Positions 37,901-48,522 of a DNA stretch of 64,000 nucleotides are shown here, one piece after another (within the stretch, counting starts at the first letter, position 1; each line of letters opens with the position of its first letter). The stretch covers positions 1 through 64,000 of the forward strand of contig JAHHIM010000010.1 in NCBI GenBank assembly GCA_019358915.1, read 5' to 3'. Origin of the DNA: Trichormus sp. ATA11-4-KO1 (GTDB lineage: Bacteria; Cyanobacteriota; Cyanobacteriia; Cyanobacteriales; Nostocaceae). The notes beneath the pieces were generated by a model. That model worked only from the letters and a program-made list of their open reading frames with translations, was not told the origin of the DNA and searched no databases. The position numbers and the translations under genes are program-made.

Positions 37901-38494
37901 ATGGAAAAGAATATACAAACTGAAACGGAAACACAAGGGCGATCGCTAGTACCATCTCATCCACTTCAAAGAATTGCTCATAATATTCGCCTGACGGGTT
38001 GGATTACCTTATGGGTGCAATTAGCGCTAGCTCTAGTTTCTGGCTTATCTCTATTATTTGCTGCTACTGGTCGTGAATTTGCCGATCGCTCGAATCCAGG
38101 TTTGGGAATTGGTATATTTTGGGCTATATCTGGAATTTTAGTTTTGTTATTTGGCGTATTTTGGGATTTTCGTTACACCCGTATAGGTAGACGTTTAGCA
38201 AATCCTAATCCGACTTTGCATCCCAGTAAGGCGGATACAACTAGAGCCATCCGACTGGGAATAATGGTAGGTTTAGTAGGATTATTAATCACCATCTTGG
38301 GTGCTGGCGTAAGTGTAAGTGTGCTAGTGGCAAAAGCTGTATCTCAACCACCAGGAGTAGCAATTACTGACCCCAATAAAATTATTCGAGCGCTTGATGT
38401 GTTCATAGTAGTAGCTAACATCAATGGTATTGCTGCTCATTTTGTGGGTGTTGTTGCTTCTATGTGGCTATTAGAAAGGGTGCATCAACATTAA
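37901..38494 (+). CDS. DUF3611-like membrane protein
   Basis: GWITLWVQLAL, QPPG, IRALDVFIV..N...AHF motifs. Confidence 0.75.
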   Translation: MEKNIQTETETQGRSLVPSHPLQRIAHNIRLTGWITLWVQLALALVSGLSLLFAATGREFADRSNPGLGIGIFWAISGILVLLFGVFWDFRYTRIGRRLANPNPTLHPSKADTTRAIRLGIMVGLVGLLITILGAGVSVSVLVAKAVSQPPGVAITDPNKIIRALDVFIVVANINGIAAHFVGVVASMWLLERVHQH

Positions 38495-38825
38495 GTCAGG
38501 GAGTGGGGATTTAGCAAGTTGAGTAACTTTCACCCTTTTTAACACATAAGTAAATCCCCAAAATTGTATGATCGCCTAGAAACACTGGTTCTGGATTCAG
38601 CCTCAGTCTGACTGTAAATTAGTTGTGACTCGCGATCGCCAAAAACCACAACCACAATCAGCCAGACGTAAAACGGCTATGGAAGTAGAAGCAGATTTGC
38701 GGCGAATTAGAGATATCTATTACTTAGAACGTCGTCATATCTTGTAAATTAAAAAATAAGGAAGAAGGAAGATGAAAGAAGGTATGAGTATTTTTCGTCC
38801 TCCTTCCTCCGAACTTCTGACTTCG

Positions 38826-39503
38826 TTAAACTAACCCAGAACGCAAAGCCACAACTGCTGCTTGTACGCGATCGTCTACTGCTAGTTTGTTCATAATCCC
38901 TCTGACGTGAGTTTTAATGGTGTTGGGACTGAGATAGAGTTTTTCTGCTATTTCTGGGTTACTCAATCCTTCTACCATTAGTTTCAACACTTCTAATTCA
39001 CGTCCAGACAAATTAGCGGTATTTCCTGGAACTGAAGGAGGTTTGAGATTATCGATTACTTGTCGCGCAATCTGGGGATCAAGATAAGCTGCACCATCTA
39101 CTGCGGCAGCGATCGCACTTAAGAGGCGCTCTACACTCGCACCTTTGATACAATACGCATCAGCACCGCTAGACAGTGCCGCGATAATTTCTGTCTGTGT
39201 TGTATGGGATGTTAACATTACCACATGAGTTGCTGGTAATGCTGCCTTGATTTGTTGTGTCGCTGCAATTCCATCAAGTCGCGGTAAGCCAATATCCATG
39301 ACTACCAAATCAGGCTTTAATTTCAGTGCTGCTTGTACACCCAAATAACCATCTTCTACCTGTCCCACAATCTCTAACTGAGGATGTGCCATTAAAGACT
39401 GTTCTAATCCTAGTTGCATCATAGGATCATCTTCAACAATTAACACCCGTAACCGGGAAACATCGGTTGATAGATTTAAAGGATAACCAGTATCGGGAGA
39501 CAT
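38826..39503 (-). CDS. NarL/LuxR-family response regulator
   Basis: LIVEDD, VMDIGLP, LSGRELEVL...NPEIAEKLYLSPNTIKTH. Confidence 0.95.
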   Translation of the reverse strand: MSPDTGYPLNLSTDVSRLRVLIVEDDPMMQLGLEQSLMAHPQLEIVGQVEDGYLGVQAALKLKPDLVVMDIGLPRLDGIAATQQIKAALPATHVVMLTSHTTQTEIIAALSSGADAYCIKGASVERLLSAIAAAVDGAAYLDPQIARQVIDNLKPPSVPGNTANLSGRELEVLKLMVEGLSNPEIAEKLYLSPNTIKTHVRGIMNKLAVDDRVQAAVVALRSGLV

Positions 39504-39536
39504 TTTATCTACTATCAAAAGTTCATAGTAAAAAAA

Positions 39537-39610
39537 TTCGTAATTAAATGATTAATTACGAATTACGAATTACGTTAGCGAAGCTCCTCTGAAAGAGGCA
39601 TTACGAATTA
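39537..39610. repeat. STRR tract (AATTACG)n interrupted by a small dispersed repeat
   Basis: aattacg x3, then ttagcgaagctcctctgaaagaggc, then attacgaatta. Confidence 0.7.
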
Positions 39611-39613
39611 TTT

Positions 39614-40588
39614 TTATTCTTCCACACGGTAACCCAACTCTGCCAAACTCATGCGAGATTGTCGCCATTTTGGCTGCACTTTCACGAACAGTTCTAAATA
39701 GACTTTGCCAGAAATTAACTTTTGGATTTGTTCACGAGCTTCACTCCCAATGGCTTTGAGCATCGAGCCACCTTTACCAATGAGAATTCCTTTTTGGGAA
39801 TCTCGCTCAACGTGTATAGTTGCCAGCACACGGGTAATGGTGGGTGTTTCTTCCACTTTGTCAATAGCGATCGCTACTGAATGGGGAACTTCTTCACGCG
39901 TCAACAGTAATATTTGTTCGCGAATTAATTCACCCATAATAAAGCGTTCTGGCTGGTCAGTTACCAAGTCGGGAGGATAGTAAAATGGCCCGGTTTCTAA
40001 ATGTTCAATTAATAAGTTTTGCAGTTGTGGTAATCCAGTACCAGTTTTGGCAGAAAATTTTACTGTCGGCCATTGATTAACTTCAGCCAGCGCTCGGTAA
40101 CTATCATCTATTACTTGGTAATTTGGTGATTGTTCATCGATTTTATTCAAACCCAAAATTACAGGTGTTTCACTGCGAGTCAGCAAATCCGCAATAAAGC
40201 GATCGCCTGCACCACAAGCGACTGTTCCATCCACCACAAATAGCACCACATCTACTGAATCGATGGCAATTTTGGCATTTTGCACCAACACTTCCCCCAA
40301 TTGATGATGGGGTTTATGAATTCCTGGTGTGTCTACAAAAATTAACTGTGCTTCTGGTGTAGTTAAAATCCCTCGTAAACGATTGCGTGTAGTTTGTGCT
40401 ACTGGTGATGTAATAGCAATTTTTTGCCCTACTAATTGATTCATCAAAGTAGATTTACCGACATTTGGGCGACCGATAATGCCGATAAAACCTGATTTAA
40501 AGTCAGGAGGAGCCTGGGGGATAGATACTTCTCCTGAAAAAGAGGAGATGTGATTCTCAATACTAGTCACCTTTAGCTCCACCGTCAT
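39614..40588 (-). CDS. era: GTPase Era
   Basis: GRPNVGKS, QTTRN, DTPG, NKID, KH domain IGKGG. Confidence 0.97.
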   Translation of the reverse strand: MTVELKVTSIENHISSFSGEVSIPQAPPDFKSGFIGIIGRPNVGKSTLMNQLVGQKIAITSPVAQTTRNRLRGILTTPEAQLIFVDTPGIHKPHHQLGEVLVQNAKIAIDSVDVVLFVVDGTVACGAGDRFIADLLTRSETPVILGLNKIDEQSPNYQVIDDSYRALAEVNQWPTVKFSAKTGTGLPQLQNLLIEHLETGPFYYPPDLVTDQPERFIMGELIREQILLLTREEVPHSVAIAIDKVEETPTITRVLATIHVERDSQKGILIGKGGSMLKAIGSEAREQIQKLISGKVYLELFVKVQPKWRQSRMSLAELGYRVEE

Positions 40589-40802
40589 ATTTTACAGATC
40601 AGATGAGTTGATTTTTCTCGAAGATACGTAACAAACATAATTTCACCCTGGCATTTTTGAGGGACTGCCCTTGTTTTAGTTTAATCTACTAATGACGTAC
40701 CTATAAAGATTCTAAAGTATAAGAGATGGATTGCTAATATGTACTGATAATTGATGTAGTGGTAATCTTTATGATAATTAAGTTCTCAGTATCAAAGAGA
40801 AT

Positions 40803-41930
40803 CTACTGAAGAATGCCCAAAACAAACTCACCTTGATTTACAGCTTGATTGGTGGAAATCTCATAAACAAATCCATTTTGTTCAGCACAGATATCAATCA
40901 CAGTTGGTAATTTACCTGCTTTATTAAAACTGAGAATTTGATACAGTCTTTCTCCTGTCTTCACAACAGTACCCAATTCCACTCTTGATTGAATCATGCC
41001 ACCGGCGATCGCGTAATATTTTTTTCTTTTGCTGCTGACTGCAAAAATCATTTCCTGATATGTTGTCTTGAGAGTTAAGTCAGAAGTTAGCAATATCCCT
41101 TTTTGTGCTAAATAGTTTTTCACACTCTGCACACCTTTGGTAACTGAATCCGGGTGCATCTGCATTCCTGTTCCTAGTTCCAGCGTCCAAGCTTCCACAT
41201 CAAATTTAATTTCTCTCCCCAGGCTTTTAAAACAAGCTTCTAAAGCTAACCAAGGTTTGATAAAAGCCTCATCAAAGGCATCCCCATCATATTTATCTAG
41301 TAAGATACCGAAATCAAACAGGAAATATTTGGCACTTACTTCCTGATGAGGAAAGTAATAAAGGTAGTTTAAACCTTGATTTGTCGAACTATGTAAATCA
41401 ATCAAATAATTTGCATCTAAACTGAGAGATTGTAGCTGGTAGCGAAAACGTTCAGTGTAAGGTACGCTACTAGGAGAATTAATTTTTTCTAAAATTTTCG
41501 TCAATTCTTGCTGAATTATAGTTAGATAATTTTGTCGGACGACCTCTTGATTAATCTGAAGTTGAGATTTAGTAAAGGCTACTAAATCATCAGCTTCTTT
41601 CTCGTAATCCCAAAAAATCCGGTTCCAGTCTTTAGCTTCGTAGACACAAAATCGCCCTGGAGAAAAACTATGAGAACGTTCGTTAGTTCCCATAGGATTA
41701 CAAACAGGAACCAGCCAAATTTCTCCAATTAAATCAGTATCATTGATCGACAGCAAAAATTCAATTAGTTGATGAATAACGGCATTCCCAGCAATTTCTG
41801 CTCCATGCAAATTAGATTGAATATAAACTTTTTTACCTGAATGAGCGCCAATAAATTTGTAAACTTGCAGAAATAGGCGATCGCCTGAAGCCATTTGACG
41901 AAGAAAAATCGTTTCAATAACAGGAATCAT
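40803..41930 (-). CDS. Succinylglutamate desuccinylase/aspartoacylase family (M14-like)
   Basis: HGAE, DWNR, IDLHS, TLELG motifs. Confidence 0.85.
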   Translation of the reverse strand: MIPVIETIFLRQMASGDRLFLQVYKFIGAHSGKKVYIQSNLHGAEIAGNAVIHQLIEFLLSINDTDLIGEIWLVPVCNPMGTNERSHSFSPGRFCVYEAKDWNRIFWDYEKEADDLVAFTKSQLQINQEVVRQNYLTIIQQELTKILEKINSPSSVPYTERFRYQLQSLSLDANYLIDLHSSTNQGLNYLYYFPHQEVSAKYFLFDFGILLDKYDGDAFDEAFIKPWLALEACFKSLGREIKFDVEAWTLELGTGMQMHPDSVTKGVQSVKNYLAQKGILLTSDLTLKTTYQEMIFAVSSKRKKYYAIAGGMIQSRVELGTVVKTGERLYQILSFNKAGKLPTVIDICAEQNGFVYEISTNQAVNQGEFVLGILQ

Positions 41931-42083
41931 AAAAAAATCGCCGCTGATTTAAGTAATGTACCAGAGAAGTACAACATTTTACCTTTTGACTTTCTGATGT
42001 ATTACGCAGCACCATCAAGGCGATCGCTAATATTATTAAACAAAGTGCCACTATCAGATTCACTCGCTCTCACAATCAACACA

Positions 42084-43481
42084 ATGGCAATAACAGCAAT
42101 CAATCCTTATCTTAATAGCAATTTTGCGCCAGTCCGTGCAGAAATCACCACCGACAATTTAAAAGTCATAGGTGAGTTACCTGCCAACCTATCAGGAATG
42201 TTTGTGCGGAATGGCCCTAATCCTCAATGGTCACCGATTGGCCAGTATCACTGGTTTGATGGCGATGGGATGTTGCACGGTGTGAGGATTAGCAACGGTC
42301 AAGCTAGTTATAGCAATCGCTATGTGCAGACACAAGCATGGAAAATAGAACAAGCCGCAGGAAAAGCTGTATGGTCTGGGTTATTAGAACCGCCGCAGAT
42401 GGATAATCCTCATGGTGCATACAAAAATACTGCCAATACAGCCTTAGTTTGGCACGCTGGTCAGGTGTTGGCATTAAATGAAGGCGGTGCGCCTCACGCT
42501 ATCAAAGTTCCTGATTTAGAGACAAAAGGTGAATATACTTACAACGGTAAGCTAGTTTCTGCTTTCACAGCTCATCCAAAGGTAGACCCAGACATCGGCG
42601 AAATGATGTTCTTTGGTTACTCGTTCACCCCACCATACTTGCAATACAGCATAGTGTCAGCAGCAGGTGAGTTGCTGCGAACAGTGCCAATTAACCTGCC
42701 AATGGGAGTGATGATGCACGATTTTGCCATCACGGAAAATTACACGATATTTATGGATTTACCCCTGACTTTCAACCCAGAAAGAATGCAACGGGGAGAA
42801 TCTTTAATGATGTTTGAGCGCGATCGCCCCAGTCGTTTTGGTATTGTCCCCCGTTATGGCGATAATAGTAATATTCGCTGGTTTGAAAGTTCTCCTTGCT
42901 ACGTCTTTCATACCCTCAACGCCTATGAAGTTCAAGATGAAATAGTACTAGTTGCCTGTCGGATGAATGCTACCACCGTCTTAAATGCTAGTAATTCCCA
43001 ACCCGATTTGGAAGCTGATATCCCCCGTCTGCATCGCTGGCGATTTAACCTCAGCACAGGCAAGGTACAAGAGGAAATGTTAGACGATGTACCTGCGGAG
43101 TTTCCTCGCATCAACGAAAACTACTTGGGGCAACTAACGAGATATGGTTATGCTGGCAGGATGGCGAAGAATTCTTTACCATTGTTCGATGGTTTAATCA
43201 AGTATGACCTGAGCAATGGCAAATCCCATACCCATGAATTCGGACGGGGACGCTATGGGGGTGAAACTGTGTTTGCTCCGAGCCTGAATGCAACAGCTGA
43301 AGATGATGGCTGGTTGGTTACTTTTGTTTATGATGAGGATTTAGAAACTTCTGAGCTTGTAGTGATCAACGCTCAAGATGTCACCTCTGAACCGATAGCA
43401 CGGGTAATCATTCCCCAAAGAGTGCCCTATGGGTTCCACGGTACTTGGATTTCTGAGCAACAGTTGCAGGTTTCTGTTTAA
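42084..43481 (+). CDS. Carotenoid cleavage oxygenase (RPE65 family)
   Basis: RNGPNP, HWFDGDGM, FTAHPK, MMHDF, FHTLNA, EDDG, GFHG; ATG 42084 avoids overlap with the divergent gene. Confidence 0.93.
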   Translation: MAITAINPYLNSNFAPVRAEITTDNLKVIGELPANLSGMFVRNGPNPQWSPIGQYHWFDGDGMLHGVRISNGQASYSNRYVQTQAWKIEQAAGKAVWSGLLEPPQMDNPHGAYKNTANTALVWHAGQVLALNEGGAPHAIKVPDLETKGEYTYNGKLVSAFTAHPKVDPDIGEMMFFGYSFTPPYLQYSIVSAAGELLRTVPINLPMGVMMHDFAITENYTIFMDLPLTFNPERMQRGESLMMFERDRPSRFGIVPRYGDNSNIRWFESSPCYVFHTLNAYEVQDEIVLVACRMNATTVLNASNSQPDLEADIPRLHRWRFNLSTGKVQEEMLDDVPAEFPRINENYLGQLTRYGYAGRMAKNSLPLFDGLIKYDLSNGKSHTHEFGRGRYGGETVFAPSLNATAEDDGWLVTFVYDEDLETSELVVINAQDVTSEPIARVIIPQRVPYGFHGTWISEQQLQVSV

Positions 43482-43485
43482 TAAT

Positions 43486-43616
43486 TAAGTAGGTGGGTGG
43501 GAAAATTTATCGCTAGGATAAGGCAGAAGGCAGAAGGCAGGAGGCAGAAGGGAAGAGGGTTTTAAGCTGATTCATATTTCTTTACATAGTTGATTTTATT
43601 TGTGCCTACCTACTTA
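43486..43616. mobile_element. MITE-like element with TA-flanked inverted ends
   Basis: TA-AGTAGGTGGG ... CCTACCTACT-TA; internal (GGCAGAA)n. Confidence 0.6.
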
Positions 43617-43617
43617 T

Positions 43618-43830
43618 CTATTCCTGTACGGTCTCAACTAATTCTTCAATCATCACATCAAAAGTTTTTGCCAACTTCTGAATAGCGGTAAAATCCACAG
43701 TTGCCAATCCAGGCGATCGCGCATAAGTTCTCAGAGTGCTGTAAACTACACCAGAACGGTCAGATACTTCTTTCAATGTCCAACCTTTTTGGGCAGCAAA
43801 CTCGCGAATCTTCAGCCGAATCATTCCCAT
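43618..43830 (-). CDS. Small XRE/Cro-like HTH regulator
   Basis: IRLKIREFAAQKGWTLKEVSDRSGVVYSTL...KLAKTFDV.IEEL. Confidence 0.85.
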   Translation of the reverse strand: MGMIRLKIREFAAQKGWTLKEVSDRSGVVYSTLRTYARSPGLATVDFTAIQKLAKTFDVMIEELVETVQE

Positions 43831-44012
43831 AATTTGTTTATTCAATGACTTGTATGAGTCGCTGAATGATTGTATCATATAAAACGATCACCCTTTGGCC
43901 TAGGAAACTGAAGGGCGATCGCATGATTGACAATACGTATCCGGTAAAACGGATCATGTCTTCACCCCTATCCATTGACAGGGCAAAATCTACCCGCTTT
44001 ACAGACATTTTT

Positions 44013-44546
44013 ATGGTATCATCACTCCAGCGAAAAGCGCTTGCTATCCGTGAATCGAAAATTGTCCACAAATCGTTAATCTCTCATCAACTATCACGGT
44101 TTGTCACGGAAGAAGCAATTTGCTTGATGTACAGAATTAGCTTGCAAGATATATATGTAGTTGAATGCTGGCGATATGTGGTTTATGTCCATGCCCAGGG
44201 TGTGAGTAAGTTTGTCAGCTATGCCGATTTTCCGCCAATCTTAGGAGTAACGCCACCTACTACAACCAACTTTATCAAATGGCGCAAGCGTTGGCGCCAG
44301 CAACATGACTATGCCTACAGAAACCAGGCTCCCCAGTGGTGGGCAGAATTTTTTGCACAAGAATTTAGGCAAGCTACCTCAGAATCTGTGTTGTACGGTT
44401 GGAGCAAATTACTTGGGTTAATTACATTTGCCTTTACTGAAGATACTTGGCAGATACTCCAAGCAAGCTATTACCAGGAAAAATTGCTTTTAGGATCTCA
44501 CGCCAAGACACAAAGGCACACAGAAAAACTCAGTATTTTGGCGTGA
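44013..44546 (+). CDS. Hypothetical protein, divergent from the XRE gene
   Basis: Open frame from 43866; ATG 44013 chosen as likely start. Confidence 0.6.
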   Translation: MVSSLQRKALAIRESKIVHKSLISHQLSRFVTEEAICLMYRISLQDIYVVECWRYVVYVHAQGVSKFVSYADFPPILGVTPPTTTNFIKWRKRWRQQHDYAYRNQAPQWWAEFFAQEFRQATSESVLYGWSKLLGLITFAFTEDTWQILQASYYQEKLLLGSHAKTQRHTEKLSILA

Positions 44547-44563
44547 AATTTAATGGCGATCGC

Positions 44564-45466
44564 TTATTCAGATGCTTTGTTATTAGCTCGATTCGCACGC
44601 GCTTCGGCTGAAGCCATCACTTCCTCAAAGTTCTCTAGTACTTCACCTGGGAAGTTTTCCAAAACTCTGGTAGAAAGAGCTACCCGACCTTTTCCTTCAT
44701 CCAAGTCAATAATTACAGCTTTAATGATTTGACCAACTTGAAAAACTTTTTCTAGGGATTCAATGAATTTTTGGCTCACTTGCTTGATATGTAGTAAGGC
44801 ACTGAGACCATCTAAATCGACAAATACCCCAAAAGGTTTAATGCCAGTAACTTTACCTTCTACTAGCTGACCTAGTTCTAACAAGCTGAAACTGCTAGAA
44901 CGAGTTGCCAAGCGTTGGGAAAGGATGAGTTTATTGGTGTTACGATTAATTTCCAAAAAACCCACAGTCAAAGTATGACCTTTGAGTCCTTCTAAATTAT
45001 CCCGTTCAGCCAAGTGCGATCGCGGAATAAATCCCCGTAAAGACAGCAGGTCAACGGTGACACCACCTTTATTTACACCCATGACCCTGACTTGCACTGT
45101 CTGGCCATTTTCCTGCATTTGTGCCAGTCGTTCCCAGACCTGCTGAATTTCCAACTGCTTGCGCGAAAGGGTGACTTGACCTTCTGCATCCTGATCTCGG
45201 ATAATCAAAAACTCTAGTTCCTCTTGCAACGGCAGCACCTCCGATAAATCGGTAATTGCTCTCAAAGAAGCCTCATCGCGGGGAAGAAAAGCTGACGACT
45301 TGCCACCAATATCAACATAAGCTCCATCATGGTCAAGTTGAAACACTTTGCCATGTACAACCTGTCCCTTCTGAAACTGGTAGTCGTGTACTTCTAGTGC
45401 TTTGGCAAAATCGTCCATCGTAAAAGACGAATTGGCTGGTTGAGAAAGTTTCGATTCGGAGTTCAT
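44564..45466 (-). CDS. Ribosomal protein S1 homolog (three S1 domains)
   Basis: GAYVDIGGKS, LRGFIPRSH, FGVFVDL motifs. Confidence 0.9.
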   Translation of the reverse strand: MNSESKLSQPANSSFTMDDFAKALEVHDYQFQKGQVVHGKVFQLDHDGAYVDIGGKSSAFLPRDEASLRAITDLSEVLPLQEELEFLIIRDQDAEGQVTLSRKQLEIQQVWERLAQMQENGQTVQVRVMGVNKGGVTVDLLSLRGFIPRSHLAERDNLEGLKGHTLTVGFLEINRNTNKLILSQRLATRSSSFSLLELGQLVEGKVTGIKPFGVFVDLDGLSALLHIKQVSQKFIESLEKVFQVGQIIKAVIIDLDEGKGRVALSTRVLENFPGEVLENFEEVMASAEARANRANNKASE

Positions 45467-45581
45467 GACAATTGAAGATAAATTGTTATTTGATTTGATG
45501 CCACTGGAGTTTTACTAAACGCCTAACAAAGTCCGGATAGGTGGGAGTGTTAGTTGGATATGCCTGTAATTATGGCATGGG

Positions 45582-45710
45582 GAAGCCAGTGCGTTGCGGT
45601 GGACAATTTTCCTGCCCCGCATCAGCAAAGTGGTGTCAAGCTCTGACGGGCATAGCCGCGCCGCAGGCTTTACCCACAGGGAAGTTCCGTCCGTTGTAGC
45701 AACTGGTGTC
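45582..45710. repeat. Nested small dispersed repeats
   Basis: Outer AGCCAGTGCGTTGCGG ... CCGTTGTAGCAACTGGTGT resembles the uninterrupted unit at 7826-7869. Confidence 0.55.
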
Positions 45711-45755
45711 ATTTTGCATAGACCCCAAGCTGGGAACTTCCGCCATGCTTTTTCT

Positions 45756-46502
45756 CTATGCTTTTAACACACTGCCAAAGAGTTGTTTTACCTGCTCCCA
45801 AGCATCAGCTGCGGCTTTAGGATTATAGCTGCCACGACGGTCACAGAAAAATCCGTGGTCAGCTCCATCGTAGCGAAACACATGATGAGAAATGTTGTAT
45901 TTTTCTAACTCTGCGGCAATCTCATCTACCTGTTCTACGGGAATACTGGCATCTGCCATCCCAAAGAAGGCATATAGTGTGCCTTTTATTTCTGGGGTGC
46001 GCGTGACAGTGGGAGCGCCACCTCCTGGTGTCCGGGTAGTAATGCCAGCACCATAAAAGGAAGCAGTAGCTTTGATATCTGGTAAGGTAGCGGCAAGATA
46101 TGCTACATGACCACCAAAACAAAAGCCAATACAGCCAAAGCCATCTTTGTTCACTTGCGGCAGGCTTTTCAGATAATCAATTGCCAATTGAATATCATTC
46201 AATAACTCGGATGCTTGAGTTTGCATCGCGTATCCCCTACCAATTTCAATATCTTCGGGGGTGTAGCCAGTGGCAAAACCAGGGGCTTGACGTTGAAAGA
46301 GTGCGGGGGCGATCGTCACATATCCTAGTTTGGCAATCCGTTCTGTAACTTCTCGAATGTGATCGTTAATACCAAAAATTTCCTGTAACACCACAACTCC
46401 TGGGTAAGATCCAGATGCTTGCGGCTGTGCTAAGTAAGCAGATACTAGGAAATTATCTTGCGAAAGTTTAACCGTTGTGGTATCTATTACTTGCTCTGAC
46501 AT
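45756..46502 (-). CDS. Dienelactone hydrolase family protein
   Basis: QEIFG, GFCFGG nucleophile motif, HGFFCD. Confidence 0.93.
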   Translation of the reverse strand: MSEQVIDTTTVKLSQDNFLVSAYLAQPQASGSYPGVVVLQEIFGINDHIREVTERIAKLGYVTIAPALFQRQAPGFATGYTPEDIEIGRGYAMQTQASELLNDIQLAIDYLKSLPQVNKDGFGCIGFCFGGHVAYLAATLPDIKATASFYGAGITTRTPGGGAPTVTRTPEIKGTLYAFFGMADASIPVEQVDEIAAELEKYNISHHVFRYDGADHGFFCDRRGSYNPKAAADAWEQVKQLFGSVLKA

Positions 46503-46789
46503 AAAAATTTTACCGATGCAATGTAATTGGCTAGGTGATTATTTGATATAACTATGCCAGTATATCCAGGCGATTCCCATCAAATTATTCATCACTATAA
46601 AGTGAGCGCATGAGAAATTTCCACCTAAAAAACCTATGTGTAAATAAAATATTGGACATGTAACAAATACAGCTAGTAAAGGTTGGCTTTAATCAGCCAG
46701 CCATTTAAAATGCTAAAACCCTTACGAATTAAGAATTACGTAAAGCGGTACTAGTCATTTGCCCGTCTTAGTCTTCAAGAGGTTTGGTG

Positions 46790-47776
46790 ATGATTCAATT
46801 CCGTATTCAGCCAGACAGTGAAATTCCGGCATCAACCCAACTATTTAATCAAATCCGGTTTGCGATCGCCTCCCGGCAATATCCGCCTAGTTACAAATTG
46901 CCAAGCACACGGGCACTAGCAATGCAAACTGGGTTACACCGCAATACCATTAGCAAGGTTTACCGCCAGTTGGAAGAAGACGGGTTTGTGGAAAGTCTGG
47001 CTGGTTCGGGAATTTATGTCCGCGCCCAGGGTCATGAAGGTGGTAGCAGACTGCAATCCCCCATTGTGAAAAAACATCCCGACGATGCCTATAAACTTGT
47101 GCAGCAAGCACTTGACGAAATGCTCTCTCAAGGCTACTCACTCAATCAAGCACGGGAACTATTTTTAGCGGAAATTGACTGGCGCTTGCGTTGTAGCGCC
47201 CAAGTGCTGGTTGCAGTGCCCACTCATGACATCGGCGCTGGTGAATTAATGGTGTATGAGTTAGAACTGGCTCTGAAAATACCAGTACAGTTGGTAGCGA
47301 TGGAAGAACTAACAGCTGTACTAGATAAAACTAACTCGGCAACAGTAGTTACAAGTCGATATTTTATCGGTGATGTGGAAGCGATCGCTGCACCGAAAGC
47401 TGTACGTGTGATTCCTCTGGATATCTATGACTACACTAAAGAACTGAATTTGCTGAAAACCTTGCCAAAAGAAAATTGTGTAGGCATAGTCAGCCTCAGT
47501 TCGGGAATTGCCCGCGCCGCCGAAGTTATTCTCCACGGTTTACGAGGAGATGAACTATTGGTGATGACTTCACAACCCAAAGATGCTTACAAACTGCAAG
47601 CGATTGTCAGACGCGCTGAAGTCATTATCAGTGATCAAGCCAGTTTTCCCGCAGTGCAAGCAGCAGTGCAGGCATCTCTTGAAGATATTATTCGTCCACC
47701 TAAGCTGATTAAGGTGGAAAACTACATCGGCACTAGCTCGATTAACTTGTTAAAACGCGAACTAGGTTTGAGTTAA
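46790..47776 (+). CDS. plmA: GntR-family regulator PlmA
   Basis: QFRIQPDSEIPASTQL...LPSTRALAMQTGLHRNTISKVY, typical of cyanobacterial PlmA. Confidence 0.85.
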   Translation: MIQFRIQPDSEIPASTQLFNQIRFAIASRQYPPSYKLPSTRALAMQTGLHRNTISKVYRQLEEDGFVESLAGSGIYVRAQGHEGGSRLQSPIVKKHPDDAYKLVQQALDEMLSQGYSLNQARELFLAEIDWRLRCSAQVLVAVPTHDIGAGELMVYELELALKIPVQLVAMEELTAVLDKTNSATVVTSRYFIGDVEAIAAPKAVRVIPLDIYDYTKELNLLKTLPKENCVGIVSLSSGIARAAEVILHGLRGDELLVMTSQPKDAYKLQAIVRRAEVIISDQASFPAVQAAVQASLEDIIRPPKLIKVENYIGTSSINLLKRELGLS

Positions 47777-47850
47777 CCCATAGGTAGAAGAGAAAAAACA
47801 TAGATAGGAGGAATATGGTATAGGCAGACACATTTAAGTTAAAGTTTTTT

Positions 47851-48522
47851 ATGTTTGTAGAAATGCAACCTCATGTTGGTTTGATAGAAGCAATTAAACA
47901 GCGTCGTGCAGCTAGAGCGTTCAAAAGCGATCGCATTCCTGAAGCGATTTTGCAAGAAATCCTGCAACTAGGAATACAAGCACCATCGGGCTTTAACCTC
48001 CAGCCTTGGCAATTTATTCTCGTTACGGAGCAAGCAAACAAAGATAAACTCCAACAATGTGCTTTTAACCAGCGCCAAGTGGGTGAAGCGCCAGTAGTAT
48101 TAATTTGTTGTGGCGATCGCCGTGTAAGTAATAGGGAAAATATCGCCTCTGTCATCCATCTAGGGGAAGAGAATGGAATGATGACCGATAGCTACGCCAA
48201 TTATATGCGTTCCAGCATCCCCGAATTCTTTGCTAATCATCCCAGCTTTACCACAATGGAGGCGTGGACTAATCGCCACACCATGTTAGCCGTAGCCCAT
48301 ATGATGATTGTGGCCAAAAGTTTTGGAGTTGATAGCTGTCCCATGGAAGGATTTGTCAGTACTCAAGTCAAGGAAACATTCCAAATTCCTGAGGAAGTTG
48401 ATGTTTGCTGTTTACTGGCACTCGGCTATGCTGATGAACCCCTTAAACAGTACGGAGGACGCTTTTCTCTCGACCAAGTTTGCTTTCATGAAAGCTATGG
48501 CGAACCCTTCAGACTCAGTTAA
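47851..48522 (+). CDS. Nitroreductase family protein
   Basis: RRAARAF, APSGFNLQPW, SCPMEGF, LALGY. Confidence 0.92.
   Translation: MFVEMQPHVGLIEAIKQRRAARAFKSDRIPEAILQEILQLGIQAPSGFNLQPWQFILVTEQANKDKLQQCAFNQRQVGEAPVVLICCGDRRVSNRENIASVIHLGEENGMMTDSYANYMRSSIPEFFANHPSFTTMEAWTNRHTMLAVAHMMIVAKSFGVDSCPMEGFVSTQVKETFQIPEEVDVCCLLALGYADEPLKQYGGRFSLDQVCFHESYGEPFRLS

Noticed and set aside
45515..45712. Small ORF or structured ncRNA upstream of the S1 homolog
   Set aside because: Explained by nested dispersed repeats; no recognisable RNA family
46660..46670. GTA-ACAAA-TAC as an NtcA box upstream of plmA
   Set aside because: Spacing is N5, not the N8 of the NtcA consensus
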